Of a DNA stretch of 31,652 nucleotides, positions 7,043 to 15,318 are shown piece by piece (the stretch's first letter is position 1; each line of letters begins with the position of its first letter). The translations under genes and the position numbers were made by a program. The stretch is from Candidatus Altimarinota bacterium (GTDB taxonomy: Bacteria; Patescibacteriota; Gracilibacteria; BD1-5; UBA2023): positions 1-31,652 of the forward strand of contig JAYSSB010000130.1 of assembly GCA_043720755.1 (NCBI GenBank). The letters run 5' to 3'. The notes below the pieces were generated by a model. The model did not search any database, was not told the DNA's origin, and worked only from the letters and a program-made list of their open reading frames with translations.

Positions 7043-8101
7043 ATGTCAAAAATTCAAATTCGCAAGGCGGAGCGTACAAAAGCAAAGCTCCGACTCGCAA
7101 TCGCTGGACCGTCAGGATCAGGAAAGACGATGGGATCATTAAAACTCGCAAAAGGACTCGGAGGCAGAGTGTGTCTAATTGATACAGAGAGGGGATCTGG
7201 GGATCTCTATGCAAATCTCTATGAGTACGACGTTATTACTCTCGAGCCGCCATTTAAGCCGGACATCCTTATTGAAGCGCTTAATGCTGCAGAGGCGGCC
7301 GGATACGATGTGATCATCGTGGACTCTCTCTCTCATTTCTGGGCTGACGAGGGTGGACTGCTCGATCAAGCTGACAAGATGGAATCAGCCGGGAAAAATC
7401 GATTCACGCTCTGGGCGGAAATTACTCCGCAGCATCGTCGTCTCGTGAATGCTCTGCTCAATTCACCAAAGCACATCGTCGCCACTATGCGATCAAAACA
7501 ATCTTACGAGATGGAGAAAGACGAAAAGACCGGAAAGAATACTGTCAAAAAAATGGGACTCGCTCCGGTACAGCGTGAGGGGATGGAGTACGAATTCACT
7601 GTCTTTTTCGATGTCGATTCGACTCACAACGCGAAAGCCTCAAAGGACCGGACGAATATGTTTGGGAATGAGTATTTCAGAATCGATGAAACAATCGGGA
7701 AGCGGATTTTCACATGGCTCAATGATGGGTCCGTGGACGTCCGTGGGCTCAAGCGTGACATTCTCTCTCAGATGAAAGACCGTCTCGAGATCGCGATGCC
7801 AAAAGAGACTCATGAGCTTGCTCAATTTATTAAAGGTGCAATCATCAATCTGACTCGCATCGAATGGAAAGAGGAAAATCTTGAGGCTATTCTCGGAAAG
7901 CTAGTGAGTATCTCAGATAAAGAGTGGGCTCAAAAAGTGTCATGGGATCCAATCATTCCACTTGACGTCCCGGAGAAAACTCCAGCGCCAAAAACTACTC
8001 CGAAAAAGGCCGCAGCAAAAAAAGCCGCTCCGGTAGTAGAGCCGGAGCCGGAGGATGAAAAAGAAGAATTATCAGATGAGGAAATGGCTGCAGCTCTTTA
8101 A
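7043..8101 (+). CDS. Sak4-like AAA ATPase / single-strand annealing recombinase (AAA_24)
   Basis: Walker A GPSGSGKT, IDTERGS, Walker B VIIVDSLSH and APVQREGMEYEF; adjacent to ssb as in Sak4-SSB modules. Confidence 0.8.
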   Translation: MSKIQIRKAERTKAKLRLAIAGPSGSGKTMGSLKLAKGLGGRVCLIDTERGSGDLYANLYEYDVITLEPPFKPDILIEALNAAEAAGYDVIIVDSLSHFWADEGGLLDQADKMESAGKNRFTLWAEITPQHRRLVNALLNSPKHIVATMRSKQSYEMEKDEKTGKNTVKKMGLAPVQREGMEYEFTVFFDVDSTHNAKASKDRTNMFGNEYFRIDETIGKRIFTWLNDGSVDVRGLKRDILSQMKDRLEIAMPKETHELAQFIKGAIINLTRIEWKEENLEAILGKLVSISDKEWAQKVSWDPIIPLDVPEKTPAPKTTPKKAAAKKAAPVVEPEPEDEKEELSDEEMAAAL

Positions 8102-8103
8102 TT

Positions 8104-8562
8104 ATGAATGTAAATTCAGTCATGATCGTGGGCCGACTGGTCCGAGATCCGGAGATGAAATCACTGCCGTCAGGCGCGTCAGTGACGACGTTCTCGCTCG
8201 CTACGTCGAGCAGTTATAAAAAGGGAGACGAAAAAATTGAGGAGGTCGAGTATCACTCGATCGTGGTATATGGAAAGCAAGCCGACAACTGCGCTCGCTA
8301 TCTGACAAAGGGTCAGATCGCCGCGATCGATGGGAGACTCAAGACGCGCTCATGGGAGAAAGATGGAGCAAAACAGTATCGCACTGAGGTCGTCGCCGAT
8401 CGAGTGCAATTCGGTCCATCTGAGGGAGGAGATCAAAAAGCAAAACCGGCACGCAAAGAGTCGAGCGGTCCCGGTGATTACTCGCAAAATAAGAAGTCAT
8501 CGCATTCAGTGCTCCCGGAATATCCGGATGAGGATATCAATCCCGATGACATTCCATTTTAG
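8104..8562 (+). CDS. ssb: Single-stranded DNA-binding protein
   Basis: OB-fold motifs VGRLVRDPE and GRLKTRSWE..YRTEVVADRVQF; acidic tail ending DDIPF. Confidence 0.95.
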   Translation: MNVNSVMIVGRLVRDPEMKSLPSGASVTTFSLATSSSYKKGDEKIEEVEYHSIVVYGKQADNCARYLTKGQIAAIDGRLKTRSWEKDGAKQYRTEVVADRVQFGPSEGGDQKAKPARKESSGPGDYSQNKKSSHSVLPEYPDEDINPDDIPF

Positions 8563-8566
8563 TCGT

Positions 8567-8737
8567 ATGAATTCAGTAAATGTCGAAAATGCTATCATGA
8601 ATGAAAGAGCTCGGATCCACGATGAGATCATGAAAATTGATCTCAAAGATTCGATCATCAAGGACGGTAAAGCGTTCGTCAGAGTGCCGGAAGTGCTCAA
8701 AATTATCGGATACGATATTCACGAGCAACCGATATGA
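8567..8737 (+). CDS. Hypothetical protein, 56 aa (start revised from 8330)
   Basis: ATG 4 nt after the ssb stop; the track's longer start overlaps ssb out of frame. Confidence 0.65.
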   Translation: MNSVNVENAIMNERARIHDEIMKIDLKDSIIKDGKAFVRVPEVLKIIGYDIHEQPI

Positions 8738-8922
8738 TGGAGGGAAAGTGGCTGATTTGGTCCATTGAGCATAATGCATGGTGGGCTCCAAGACGCTGCG
8801 GCTATGTTCAGTCACGCGACAAAGCCGGGCTATATACATTCGATGAAGCGTGTCAAATTGTCAGATCTGCGAACGAGCATCGAGGGAATTCTTTTCCATT
8901 CGAGGCGATGATCGCTATATAA
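8734..8922 (+). CDS. Small conserved-type phage hypothetical protein
   Basis: WLIWSIEHNAWWAP..GY...AGLY..EA pattern recalled from phage early genes; ATGA-coupled. Confidence 0.65.
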   Translation: MMEGKWLIWSIEHNAWWAPRRCGYVQSRDKAGLYTFDEACQIVRSANEHRGNSFPFEAMIAI

Positions 8923-8929
8923 ATTAAAT

Positions 8930-9115
8930 ATGCAAAAGCAATATAAAATTCCAAAGTATCCGAGAGTGCAAGTCAATGAAAAACGTCACGCACTACTCGC
9001 GAAAGAGGCAGCAAAAGAGGGCGTCAGTATGATGAATCTAGTCGAAGCAAAACTAAAGCTCGCCGAAAAAGTGCTCAAGGGTCTCCGGGCTCAGGAAAAA
9101 GCGGCCGTAAAATAA
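8930..9115 (+). CDS. Ribbon-helix-helix (Arc/CopG-like) DNA-binding protein
   Basis: PRVQV strand, HALLAKEAAKEG helix and VSMMNLVEAKL helix. Confidence 0.55.
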   Translation: MQKQYKIPKYPRVQVNEKRHALLAKEAAKEGVSMMNLVEAKLKLAEKVLKGLRAQEKAAVK

Positions 9116-9117
9116 AT

Positions 9118-9519
9118 ATGGAAAATTTAATCATAGGGATTATAGGGATCACGATCGGATTTTGTATCGGCCATATTCTAGGATCACGCCGGGAGATTGA
9201 ACGTCATCGACTCTGTCATAGGCGACAGAAAGAGGCGCGAGAAAAGATGCATGGATTTAGTAAATTTTTAGGGATTGACATTGGTCATGAGATCGATCGC
9301 GCAGTCGCATTTCAGGCAGAAGTGAAACAGGGAAAGATCACATCAATAAAGCCGGTCGAACTGCCAAAAGATTTCGGAAAAATGAAAGACGAGATCAAAA
9401 CAACTGAGACAGTGGTCCCGGTTATACGAAAAAGAAAGCCACGAAATGCAGCGCAGAAAAAAGCCGCTCGAGACAAAATGAGAATCTATCGCGCTCGAAA
9501 GCGTAAGGCCCAAAAATAA
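9118..9519 (+). CDS. Hypothetical protein with N-terminal TM anchor and basic C-terminus
   Basis: Hydrophobic residues 4-21; Lys/Arg-rich tail. Confidence 0.65.
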   Translation: MENLIIGIIGITIGFCIGHILGSRREIERHRLCHRRQKEAREKMHGFSKFLGIDIGHEIDRAVAFQAEVKQGKITSIKPVELPKDFGKMKDEIKTTETVVPVIRKRKPRNAAQKKAARDKMRIYRARKRKAQK

Positions 9520-9522
9520 AAT

Positions 9523-10002
9523 ATGGGAAAGAAAAAATCAGATCTACTCGATGACGAGACATATACCGGGACCATTGAATCAAAGATTCAGCTCGAGCAG
9601 CTCACTCTAAAAAATAAGAGATGGGAGGCAAAACTGATCGTGAATACAATTCTCCCCCGGTCATACCATCGATACACAATCGAACTGTCACTCGATGAAA
9701 AGCCGTATCTCGAAAGAATTGAAGCAATCGAAAAAGATCTCCGATCATCACTTTTTGCTGAGGAAAAAGTCTCAAAGAAAAAATCAATCGAGACGATCAA
9801 TGGAATTCAAAAAGAGCTCGATTCTATGCGTAAGCAGTGCGAAGAAATAAAATTCGGAGCAGTCGTGCAAGAGATAAAATATAAAGATGGAGAGACGGTC
9901 GTGATATGCCGAATCCCGGACGACGTTATTGAGCCGCTTAATCGGCAGAAATACAAAATGGATGCATATCGCATATTACTCACGCCAATCTATACAGAAT
10001 AA
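9523..10002 (+). CDS. Hypothetical protein with central coiled coil
   Basis: 159-aa ORF, tightly packed in the operon. Confidence 0.7.
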   Translation: MGKKKSDLLDDETYTGTIESKIQLEQLTLKNKRWEAKLIVNTILPRSYHRYTIELSLDEKPYLERIEAIEKDLRSSLFAEEKVSKKKSIETINGIQKELDSMRKQCEEIKFGAVVQEIKYKDGETVVICRIPDDVIEPLNRQKYKMDAYRILLTPIYTE

Positions 10003-10004
10003 AT

Positions 10005-10247
10005 ATGCAGCCATATAGAGATCACGAGGACATTCCGCCGCAATATCTCAATCGTCATGGACGGAGATCTGCAGTTGCTATCGCTCGAAAAAGACCATAT
10101 CTCGCTCGTGTCGCTCGAGCAAAAGATCACATCGAAAGAGAAGTCATGAAACGCGCAGCCGGGCTCAAAGCTCGTATTGCGAGACATCAAGCTCGCAAGT
10201 CGGCCGCCGGTGCATTTATGAGTACACTTAAATCAGTTAAAATATGA
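10005..10247 (+). CDS. Basic helical hypothetical protein
   Basis: 80 aa, Arg/Ala-rich, aaatATG start. Confidence 0.65.
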   Translation: MQPYRDHEDIPPQYLNRHGRRSAVAIARKRPYLARVARAKDHIEREVMKRAAGLKARIARHQARKSAAGAFMSTLKSVKI

Positions 10248-10513
10248 TCATTGTCATTTTTGTGGTAGCGATGCTCTGTCTGATCGCGGTGCTCGCGCCG
10301 ATGGTCATGATCAGTAATAAAAAGCATCTCATGCTCATGATTCAGCGATCTCATGAGTACAAACTCGATCGAAAGCGAGGCAACTATCCGGATCCCGATC
10401 TCATGATCAGTGATTTAATTGAACTTAAAAGCAAGATTGTCGCTGATAAAAAAGCGATCGAAAAAGCAGATGACATTTACAAGGCAGCACTCTCATTCAC
10501 TCAAGGTATATGA
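10244..10513 (+). CDS. Hypothetical protein with N-terminal TM segment
   Basis: ATGA overlaps on both sides; first 22 aa hydrophobic. Confidence 0.65.
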   Translation: MIIVIFVVAMLCLIAVLAPMVMISNKKHLMLMIQRSHEYKLDRKRGNYPDPDLMISDLIELKSKIVADKKAIEKADDIYKAALSFTQGI

Positions 10514-11160
10514 ATCAATACACACAGGACCATCTCATCGTCTGGGATCTCGAGACAACCGGATTCGTCGGCGATGAAAAAGCGCAGATCATTGAAATCG
10601 GCGCCATGATATTCGAGGGTCCCGGAATGAAACTCATCTCGGAGCACAACTGGATTCTAAATCACGGTATCGAAATCCCGGAAAAAATTACTGAGATCAC
10701 AGGCATCACGAAAGAATTGATCGATCGTGATGGTAAGGAGGCGATCATCTGTCTCCGGGAATTCACAGATCTACTCGTCGCAGTCATTCGTGGTGGAGGA
10801 ATACACCTCACTCACAATGGATTCCGATTCGACATTCCGTTTCTCGTGAAACAGCACGCGCATTTTCAGGTGATGGATGATCAATACCAAAGGGAATTCC
10901 GGAACACTCTTGAATCTGCAGCCGTCGATACTGCCGTTTTATTCAAGGGGCGAAAGCTCGGATTTCATCCGAGAGAGAATGAATCGTCTCGACAATACGC
11001 TGATCGAGTCATGGATACTCGAGTATTTGGATTGAAATTTAATGTCGGTGTATGCTGCGATGAGCTCGGGATCTCCCGGGAGGGCATTGATCAGCATCGA
11101 TCGAATGCTGACGTGTATCTTACAAGTGAGATATTCAAAAAACTGCTCGCCACTGCATAG
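10510..11160 (+). CDS. DEDDh 3'-5' exonuclease (DnaQ/epsilon-like)
   Basis: ExoI WDLETTG, ExoII HNGFRFD and ExoIII HRSNAD motifs. Confidence 0.9.
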   Translation: MNQYTQDHLIVWDLETTGFVGDEKAQIIEIGAMIFEGPGMKLISEHNWILNHGIEIPEKITEITGITKELIDRDGKEAIICLREFTDLLVAVIRGGGIHLTHNGFRFDIPFLVKQHAHFQVMDDQYQREFRNTLESAAVDTAVLFKGRKLGFHPRENESSRQYADRVMDTRVFGLKFNVGVCCDELGISREGIDQHRSNADVYLTSEIFKKLLATA

Positions 11161-11169
11161 ACTCTGATC

Positions 11170-11580
11170 ATGAATGAGTCAAAATTCAAAGATCTGAAAT
11201 GTCCGGAATGTGACGCTCCGATGGAATTGGTATTCACGAATTATCGTTATAGAAACGGAAAGCAACGTCCGCGATATCAATGCATTCATTATCCGGATTG
11301 CTCAGGTGCTCACGGATCTCATCCGGACGGAACTCCACTCGGGGTCCCGGGTGATTCAAAGACACGAATGCTCCGACAATCGCTGCATGAGATATTTGAA
11401 ATCAAGTATCCCGGACCGATCGAAAGAGTAAGGAAAAAAACGGCGCTCTGGTTATCTGGAAACGGATTCCCGGATCACATTGGAGAAATGTCGGCTATAG
11501 AATGCCGCACAGCTATCCACATAATTATCAACAAAAAGACGCAATCACACGATGATGAAAATCAGATGAGTGCGCTATAA
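11170..11580 (+). CDS. Zinc-finger protein, DUF3268-like
   Basis: CPEC...CIHYPDC..HGSHPDGTPLGVPGD...R..LHEIF and HIGEM motifs. Confidence 0.7.
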   Translation: MNESKFKDLKCPECDAPMELVFTNYRYRNGKQRPRYQCIHYPDCSGAHGSHPDGTPLGVPGDSKTRMLRQSLHEIFEIKYPGPIERVRKKTALWLSGNGFPDHIGEMSAIECRTAIHIIINKKTQSHDDENQMSAL

Positions 11581-11581
11581 T
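11572..11581 (+). promoter_or_regulatory. Putative extended -10 promoter GCGC-TATAAT, 8 nt before ATG 11590
   Basis: Hexamer contains the upstream TAA stop; no SD. Confidence 0.55.
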
Positions 11582-11589
11582 GATTCGAT

Positions 11590-12408
11590 ATGGCAACGAA
11601 AAGGATGTTCGCAAAGTCAATCACTGATTCAGATGCATTTCTGGACATGCCGCTCTCATCTCAAGCTCTATATTTTCATCTCGGAATGGAAGCCGACGAC
11701 GATGGATTTGTCGGCAATCCGAAACGAATTCAAAGGATCATCGGGGGGAATGAGGACGACATCAAAGTGCTGATCGGGAAAAAATTTCTGATCACATTCG
11801 AGAATGGAGTGGTGGTCATAAAACATCATCGCATCAATAACAACTGGGACCGGCACAACTGCAAGCGGACCACGTATCTCGATCAATTCAATCTGCTCCG
11901 TGTAAAAGAAAATAGAGCCTATACACTGGACGAAACCAAAGGAGACCGGGCTCAGACTGTTTTCAGTCTGGATTCAGTCTTTAGAGGAGAAGAAAGGAGA
12001 ATAGAGGAGAAGAAAGGAGAGGAGAGTAAAACTCCGGCTCCGCCGTCGAAACCGTCAGCTCCCAAAAAGGAAAAAGCTCCGGAAAAAATCGCGTGTGGAG
12101 AATTTGGAAATGTGATGCTCTCTCAAGAGGAAAAAACCGCACTTGTCGATCGCTATGGATTTGCTACTGCAAAGCAGCTCGTGACATCTGCCGATCTCTA
12201 CATCGGCAGCACTGGAACGAAATATAAATCTCACTATCTGACGATTTTAAACTGGGCTCGAAAAGATAAGGTCCCGGAACGATCAAAGACGGTCCCGATC
12301 AAAGACGCTCCGGAGATCCCACTGACTCAGGATCAAAAGAAAAAGATGGAGGAAATGCGGAGTCAGATCTCCGAGATGGTAAAATCAAAAAAATTCACCA
12401 CTCAGTAA
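11590..12408 (+). CDS. Phage replication initiator (replisome organiser)
   Basis: N-terminus KRMFAKSITDSDAFLDMPLSSQALYFHLGMEADDDGF and C-terminal GEFGNVML...YKSHYLTILNWARKD are typical of this family. Confidence 0.85.
   Translation: MATKRMFAKSITDSDAFLDMPLSSQALYFHLGMEADDDGFVGNPKRIQRIIGGNEDDIKVLIGKKFLITFENGVVVIKHHRINNNWDRHNCKRTTYLDQFNLLRVKENRAYTLDETKGDRAQTVFSLDSVFRGEERRIEEKKGEESKTPAPPSKPSAPKKEKAPEKIACGEFGNVMLSQEEKTALVDRYGFATAKQLVTSADLYIGSTGTKYKSHYLTILNWARKDKVPERSKTVPIKDAPEIPLTQDQKKKMEEMRSQISEMVKSKKFTTQ
11953..12020. repeat. Putative replication origin: inverted repeat plus 19-nt direct repeats inside the initiator gene
   Basis: cagactg-tttt-cagtctg at 11953-11970; TAGAGGAGAAGAAAGGAGA at 11982-12000 and 12002-12020 (period 20, not a multiple of 3). 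Confidence 0.55.
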
Positions 12409-12469
12409 CGGTCCTCATGTAGTCATATTTCTTGATTCTCATGGGGTACGTTCATCAAAAATTCACTTT

Positions 12470-12673
12470 ATGAGAAATGCATCAGGTCGAGGGGTAAACC
12501 GCAGCAAAGCTCAAAAATGGGCCTCACAATGCAAACGATGCAAAAGCATCGAATCAGTGAAACCGGACGGACGCTCTCACTGGATTCCATCGATCGTCGA
12601 TCTGCCGTCGCTGCAGCATCGAGAATGTCCGTCATGTAACATTAAATTCAAAGATGAAAAAGCCGAATTATAA
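12470..12673 (+). CDS. Small zinc-ribbon protein
   Basis: CKRC...CPSC motifs. Confidence 0.55.
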   Translation: MRNASGRGVNRSKAQKWASQCKRCKSIESVKPDGRSHWIPSIVDLPSLQHRECPSCNIKFKDEKAEL

Positions 12674-13160
12674 TCCGGAAATGTGCGAATGCTGCAGTCA
12701 GTCAAAGACTTATTTGCTCGCCATTGATCCGGGGACTATCAAGATCCTCAGAGCCGTAGCACGCGCAATCGGGATCAAAAAAGTAAACGTCATCCATGCT
12801 CACAAAGAGCTGCTCGCGAATGGATACATCACAGCAAACGAACGATCAAACATAGCTCGTCCGAGAGCTCATGGATTGATTGCAAAAGTGAAAGGTGAAT
12901 CAATGGCCGGAAATTACTGTCTCACGAAAAAAGGAGCAGACTTTCTCCGAGGATCTCGAATCCCTAAATTTGCGATCATGAGTAAAACTCAGCATCATCA
13001 AATCGGATATCTTGAGCCGGAAGAATTGACAGTCACAATCAATGACGTCATGCGTGGAGAGGAATACTGGGAGGGCATAAATTACACGATTGAAGCCGGT
13101 CGAGTGGTCTATGATCCGGAGGGCGAAAGTATCACGATGCCACTTTTTGCACAGCAATGA
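12654..13160 (+). CDS. Hypothetical protein, possible winged helix with N-terminal Cys cluster
   Basis: CECC motif, then helices and a GLIAKV...YCLTKKGADFL wing-like motif. Confidence 0.6.
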   Translation: MKKPNYNPEMCECCSQSKTYLLAIDPGTIKILRAVARAIGIKKVNVIHAHKELLANGYITANERSNIARPRAHGLIAKVKGESMAGNYCLTKKGADFLRGSRIPKFAIMSKTQHHQIGYLEPEELTVTINDVMRGEEYWEGINYTIEAGRVVYDPEGESITMPLFAQQ

Positions 13161-13179
13161 TCAAAAAATCAAACTGATC

Positions 13180-13189
13180 GCGCTACAAT
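13180..13189 (+). promoter_or_regulatory. Putative extended -10 promoter GCGC-TACAAT upstream of the acidic peptide gene
   Basis: Same GCGC-TAyAAT motif as at 6745, 11572 and 28742. Confidence 0.45.
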
Positions 13190-13236
13190 GAAAAAGGTCG
13201 AAACGATTATCCAACAAATTCAATCGATTGAAAAAT

Positions 13237-13413
13237 ATGTCAGAAGACAACATGACTGACGGCGCTCGAGCAGAAGCAGAAGCTCGAGAAGCTGATCAAT
13301 CCGGTGAAGCTGAAACGTCAGCCGAAGCGGAAACAACTACTGAGGCAGCTCCGGAAACGGAAGCCGCTGCAGAAAGTACAGAAAGTGAGGACACAGCGGA
13401 AGCCGCTGCATAA
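13237..13413 (+). CDS. 58-aa highly acidic, low-complexity (Glu/Ala/Thr) protein
   Basis: 19 Asp/Glu and 2 Arg, with no aromatic, Leu, Ile, Val or Lys residues; aaatATG start preferred over the track's TTG at 13228. Confidence 0.7.
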   Translation: MSEDNMTDGARAEAEAREADQSGEAETSAEAETTTEAAPETEAAAESTESEDTAEAAA

Positions 13414-13426
13414 TCGTAATCTTTTA

Positions 13427-13476
13427 GATCTCGGGAGGGAGCTCCCGAGATCAATAAAGATCTCGACGATCTTTTT
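13427..13476 (+). terminator. Tandem hairpins / intrinsic terminator
   Basis: gatctcgggag-ggag-ctcccgagatc (11 bp), then aaagatc-tcgac-gatcttt running into a T-tract. Confidence 0.7.
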
Positions 13477-13481
13477 ATCAA

Positions 13482-13487
13482 TAGAAT
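13482..13487 (+). promoter_or_regulatory. Putative -10 (TAGAAT), 7 nt before ATG 13495
   Basis: Lies just after the terminator; no SD. Confidence 0.4.
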
Positions 13488-13494
13488 TTTCAAA

Positions 13495-13926
13495 ATGGAA
13501 ACACCATCACAGCCAAAAAATCCGATGATCGAAGCCGCTGAAAGATTCATCGAAAATATGACATGGTCACAGGACGCAAGCGATCATGAAAAAAGTCTCG
13601 TCAAAGGAAATATCATGGGATTTGTTTCGTCTCTCGGCGGTCAGATTCCGGCTGTCTCACAGTACGCATCAAAGCAAGCTGGATCACGTCGAAAGATATT
13701 CCCGATCGCGACTGAGATTCTCCGACAGATGATTACTGAGGGAGTAGAAGTTAAATATAAAATCATTTCAGGTCTCCCGGCTGACGCAAAGATTCTCGAT
13801 ATTTGCCCGGACATTTTCAATATGGGAAGCGCATCGCTACTCGTAGAATCTGAATCATTCGATCAGATTGCAGAGGGTGGTCAGTATCCGATGGGGAAAG
13901 ATATCACGGCAGAGACAATCGCATGA
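13495..13926 (+). CDS. Hypothetical protein
   Basis: 143-aa ORF, ATGA-coupled to the next gene. Confidence 0.7.
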   Translation: METPSQPKNPMIEAAERFIENMTWSQDASDHEKSLVKGNIMGFVSSLGGQIPAVSQYASKQAGSRRKIFPIATEILRQMITEGVEVKYKIISGLPADAKILDICPDIFNMGSASLLVESESFDQIAEGGQYPMGKDITAETIA

Positions 13927-14378
13927 TCGAATTCACGATATATGGAAATCATGAGAACAAAAACGGCAATCCGCTCCCCAAAGCTCGCAAGACAGGGAGA
14001 CAGCAATATACAGCGGCCGCTCATCGATACCATGATTATCTCGACTATGTCCGCACATCATTCATCGATCAATGCGCTCCCAACGGACGTGCAAAATTCG
14101 ACGCGAAACATCTTTCATTCGTCGGACGAAAGCCGCTCAATACCGGAGATCGAAAATGCAAAATGTGGATCTTTATTGAGTATGGAAACAATGCTCACGG
14201 AGATCCCGAAAACATTTTCGGAGCCATCGCGGACGCCTTATTCGAGAACGACAAATATCTCGCCGGAGATATCGACTTTGCTCCGGACCCAACCGGAGAG
14301 GGACGTGTCTATGTCAAAATCGAAATCTCAGAAACTCGATGTGGTGTACCTACTCGGAAACGGAAGCAAGTGGAATGA
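13923..14378 (+). CDS. rusA: RusA-like Holliday junction resolvase (divergent active site)
   Basis: GNPLPKAR N-terminal motif; DPENIFGAIADAL..ND aligns with RusA DLDNLQKAAFDAL..DD; ends with GRVYVKI strand. Confidence 0.65.
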   Translation: MIEFTIYGNHENKNGNPLPKARKTGRQQYTAAAHRYHDYLDYVRTSFIDQCAPNGRAKFDAKHLSFVGRKPLNTGDRKCKMWIFIEYGNNAHGDPENIFGAIADALFENDKYLAGDIDFAPDPTGEGRVYVKIEISETRCGVPTRKRKQVE

Positions 14379-15060
14379 TAATGAGATCAGATATTCTCTC
14401 CGATCAATCGAGCTCAATCTGCCGCATCGTAATGTCTATATCGTCGGATCAAAACCGGCATGGATGCGAAATGTGATTGAGATCCCGGTCGCTGATTTTT
14501 ATCAATCAATCACTCCCGGATTCAAAGCAAAAAACGCACTCTGGAAAATAAAAAATGCGTGCAATCGAATGGAAGTCACAGACAATTTCATTCTCATGAA
14601 TGATGATTTCTATTTTTTGAAATATACTCCACAGGTCGAAACCTATCATCTTGGACCATTGATCGATGCAGAAAAAAAAGGAGCTCCACATCATTCTCAG
14701 TATGATCATTCTATTCGTCAAACAAGGCAACTGCTCACATTCATGGGGATGCGAGAGCCTTTAAATTTTGGATCTCATCATCCGATGATTATCAATAAAA
14801 TAAAATTTATTAAGATGTCGGACGCTATGGATTGGAGAGGAAATCAGTATCTATTCCGAAGTGTGTACGGTAACATATACGAAAGACATCAAGCATTAAA
14901 AATGCGAGAGGATGTTAAAGTATTTAATACCGATGATCTCCGGAGACTACAACATCGAGCTCTTATCTCCACATCGGATGACGTCGTGCTGACGAAAGAA
15001 TGGCACTCATTCATTCATGAAAAATTCCCGAGACCGTCGAAATATGAATATCATCAATAA
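14311..15060 (+). CDS. Stealth-like sugar phosphotransferase / GT-A fold protein, 249 aa (start revised from 13942)
   Basis: DVVY, NEIRYSLRSIE, NVYIVG and FILMNDDFYF motifs resemble Stealth CR1/CR2; the track's upstream 123 aa overlap rusA. Confidence 0.7.
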   Translation: MSKSKSQKLDVVYLLGNGSKWNDNEIRYSLRSIELNLPHRNVYIVGSKPAWMRNVIEIPVADFYQSITPGFKAKNALWKIKNACNRMEVTDNFILMNDDFYFLKYTPQVETYHLGPLIDAEKKGAPHHSQYDHSIRQTRQLLTFMGMREPLNFGSHHPMIINKIKFIKMSDAMDWRGNQYLFRSVYGNIYERHQALKMREDVKVFNTDDLRRLQHRALISTSDDVVLTKEWHSFIHEKFPRPSKYEYHQ

Positions 15061-15063
15061 CAC

Positions 15064-15315
15064 ATGAGCAAAAAATACGATCAGAAAACAATTACTCAAG
15101 CGTGTAGTCTATACATTAAAGGAACTCCACTCCGAGCAATCTTAAAAGAGACAGGAATAAAATCGACATCGACGGTGCTCTTTCAATGTAACCCCGGATA
15201 TCGTCGTGACATGGTCGCTAGAAATGCTGCATGGAGACAAAAGAATCCAGAGAAATGGACCGCAATTTGGAAAAGAGCTCACGAAAAACGAAAGAAAAAA
15301 GCGGCCAAAAAATAA
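15064..15315 (+). CDS. Small HTH-like protein with basic tail
   Basis: ACSLYIKGTPLRAILKETGIKSTSTV resembles an HTH. Confidence 0.55.
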   Translation: MSKKYDQKTITQACSLYIKGTPLRAILKETGIKSTSTVLFQCNPGYRRDMVARNAAWRQKNPEKWTAIWKRAHEKRKKKAAKK

Positions 15316-15318
15316 GCT

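Noticed and set aside
8104-8590. Similar N-termini of SSB (MNVNSV) and the next ORF (MNSVNV)
   Set aside because: Too short and low-complexity to imply duplication.
13942-14310. N-terminal 123 aa of the track's 372-aa ORF
   Set aside because: It overlaps the RusA-like gene out of frame and has no motifs; the recognisable domain starts after ATG 14311.
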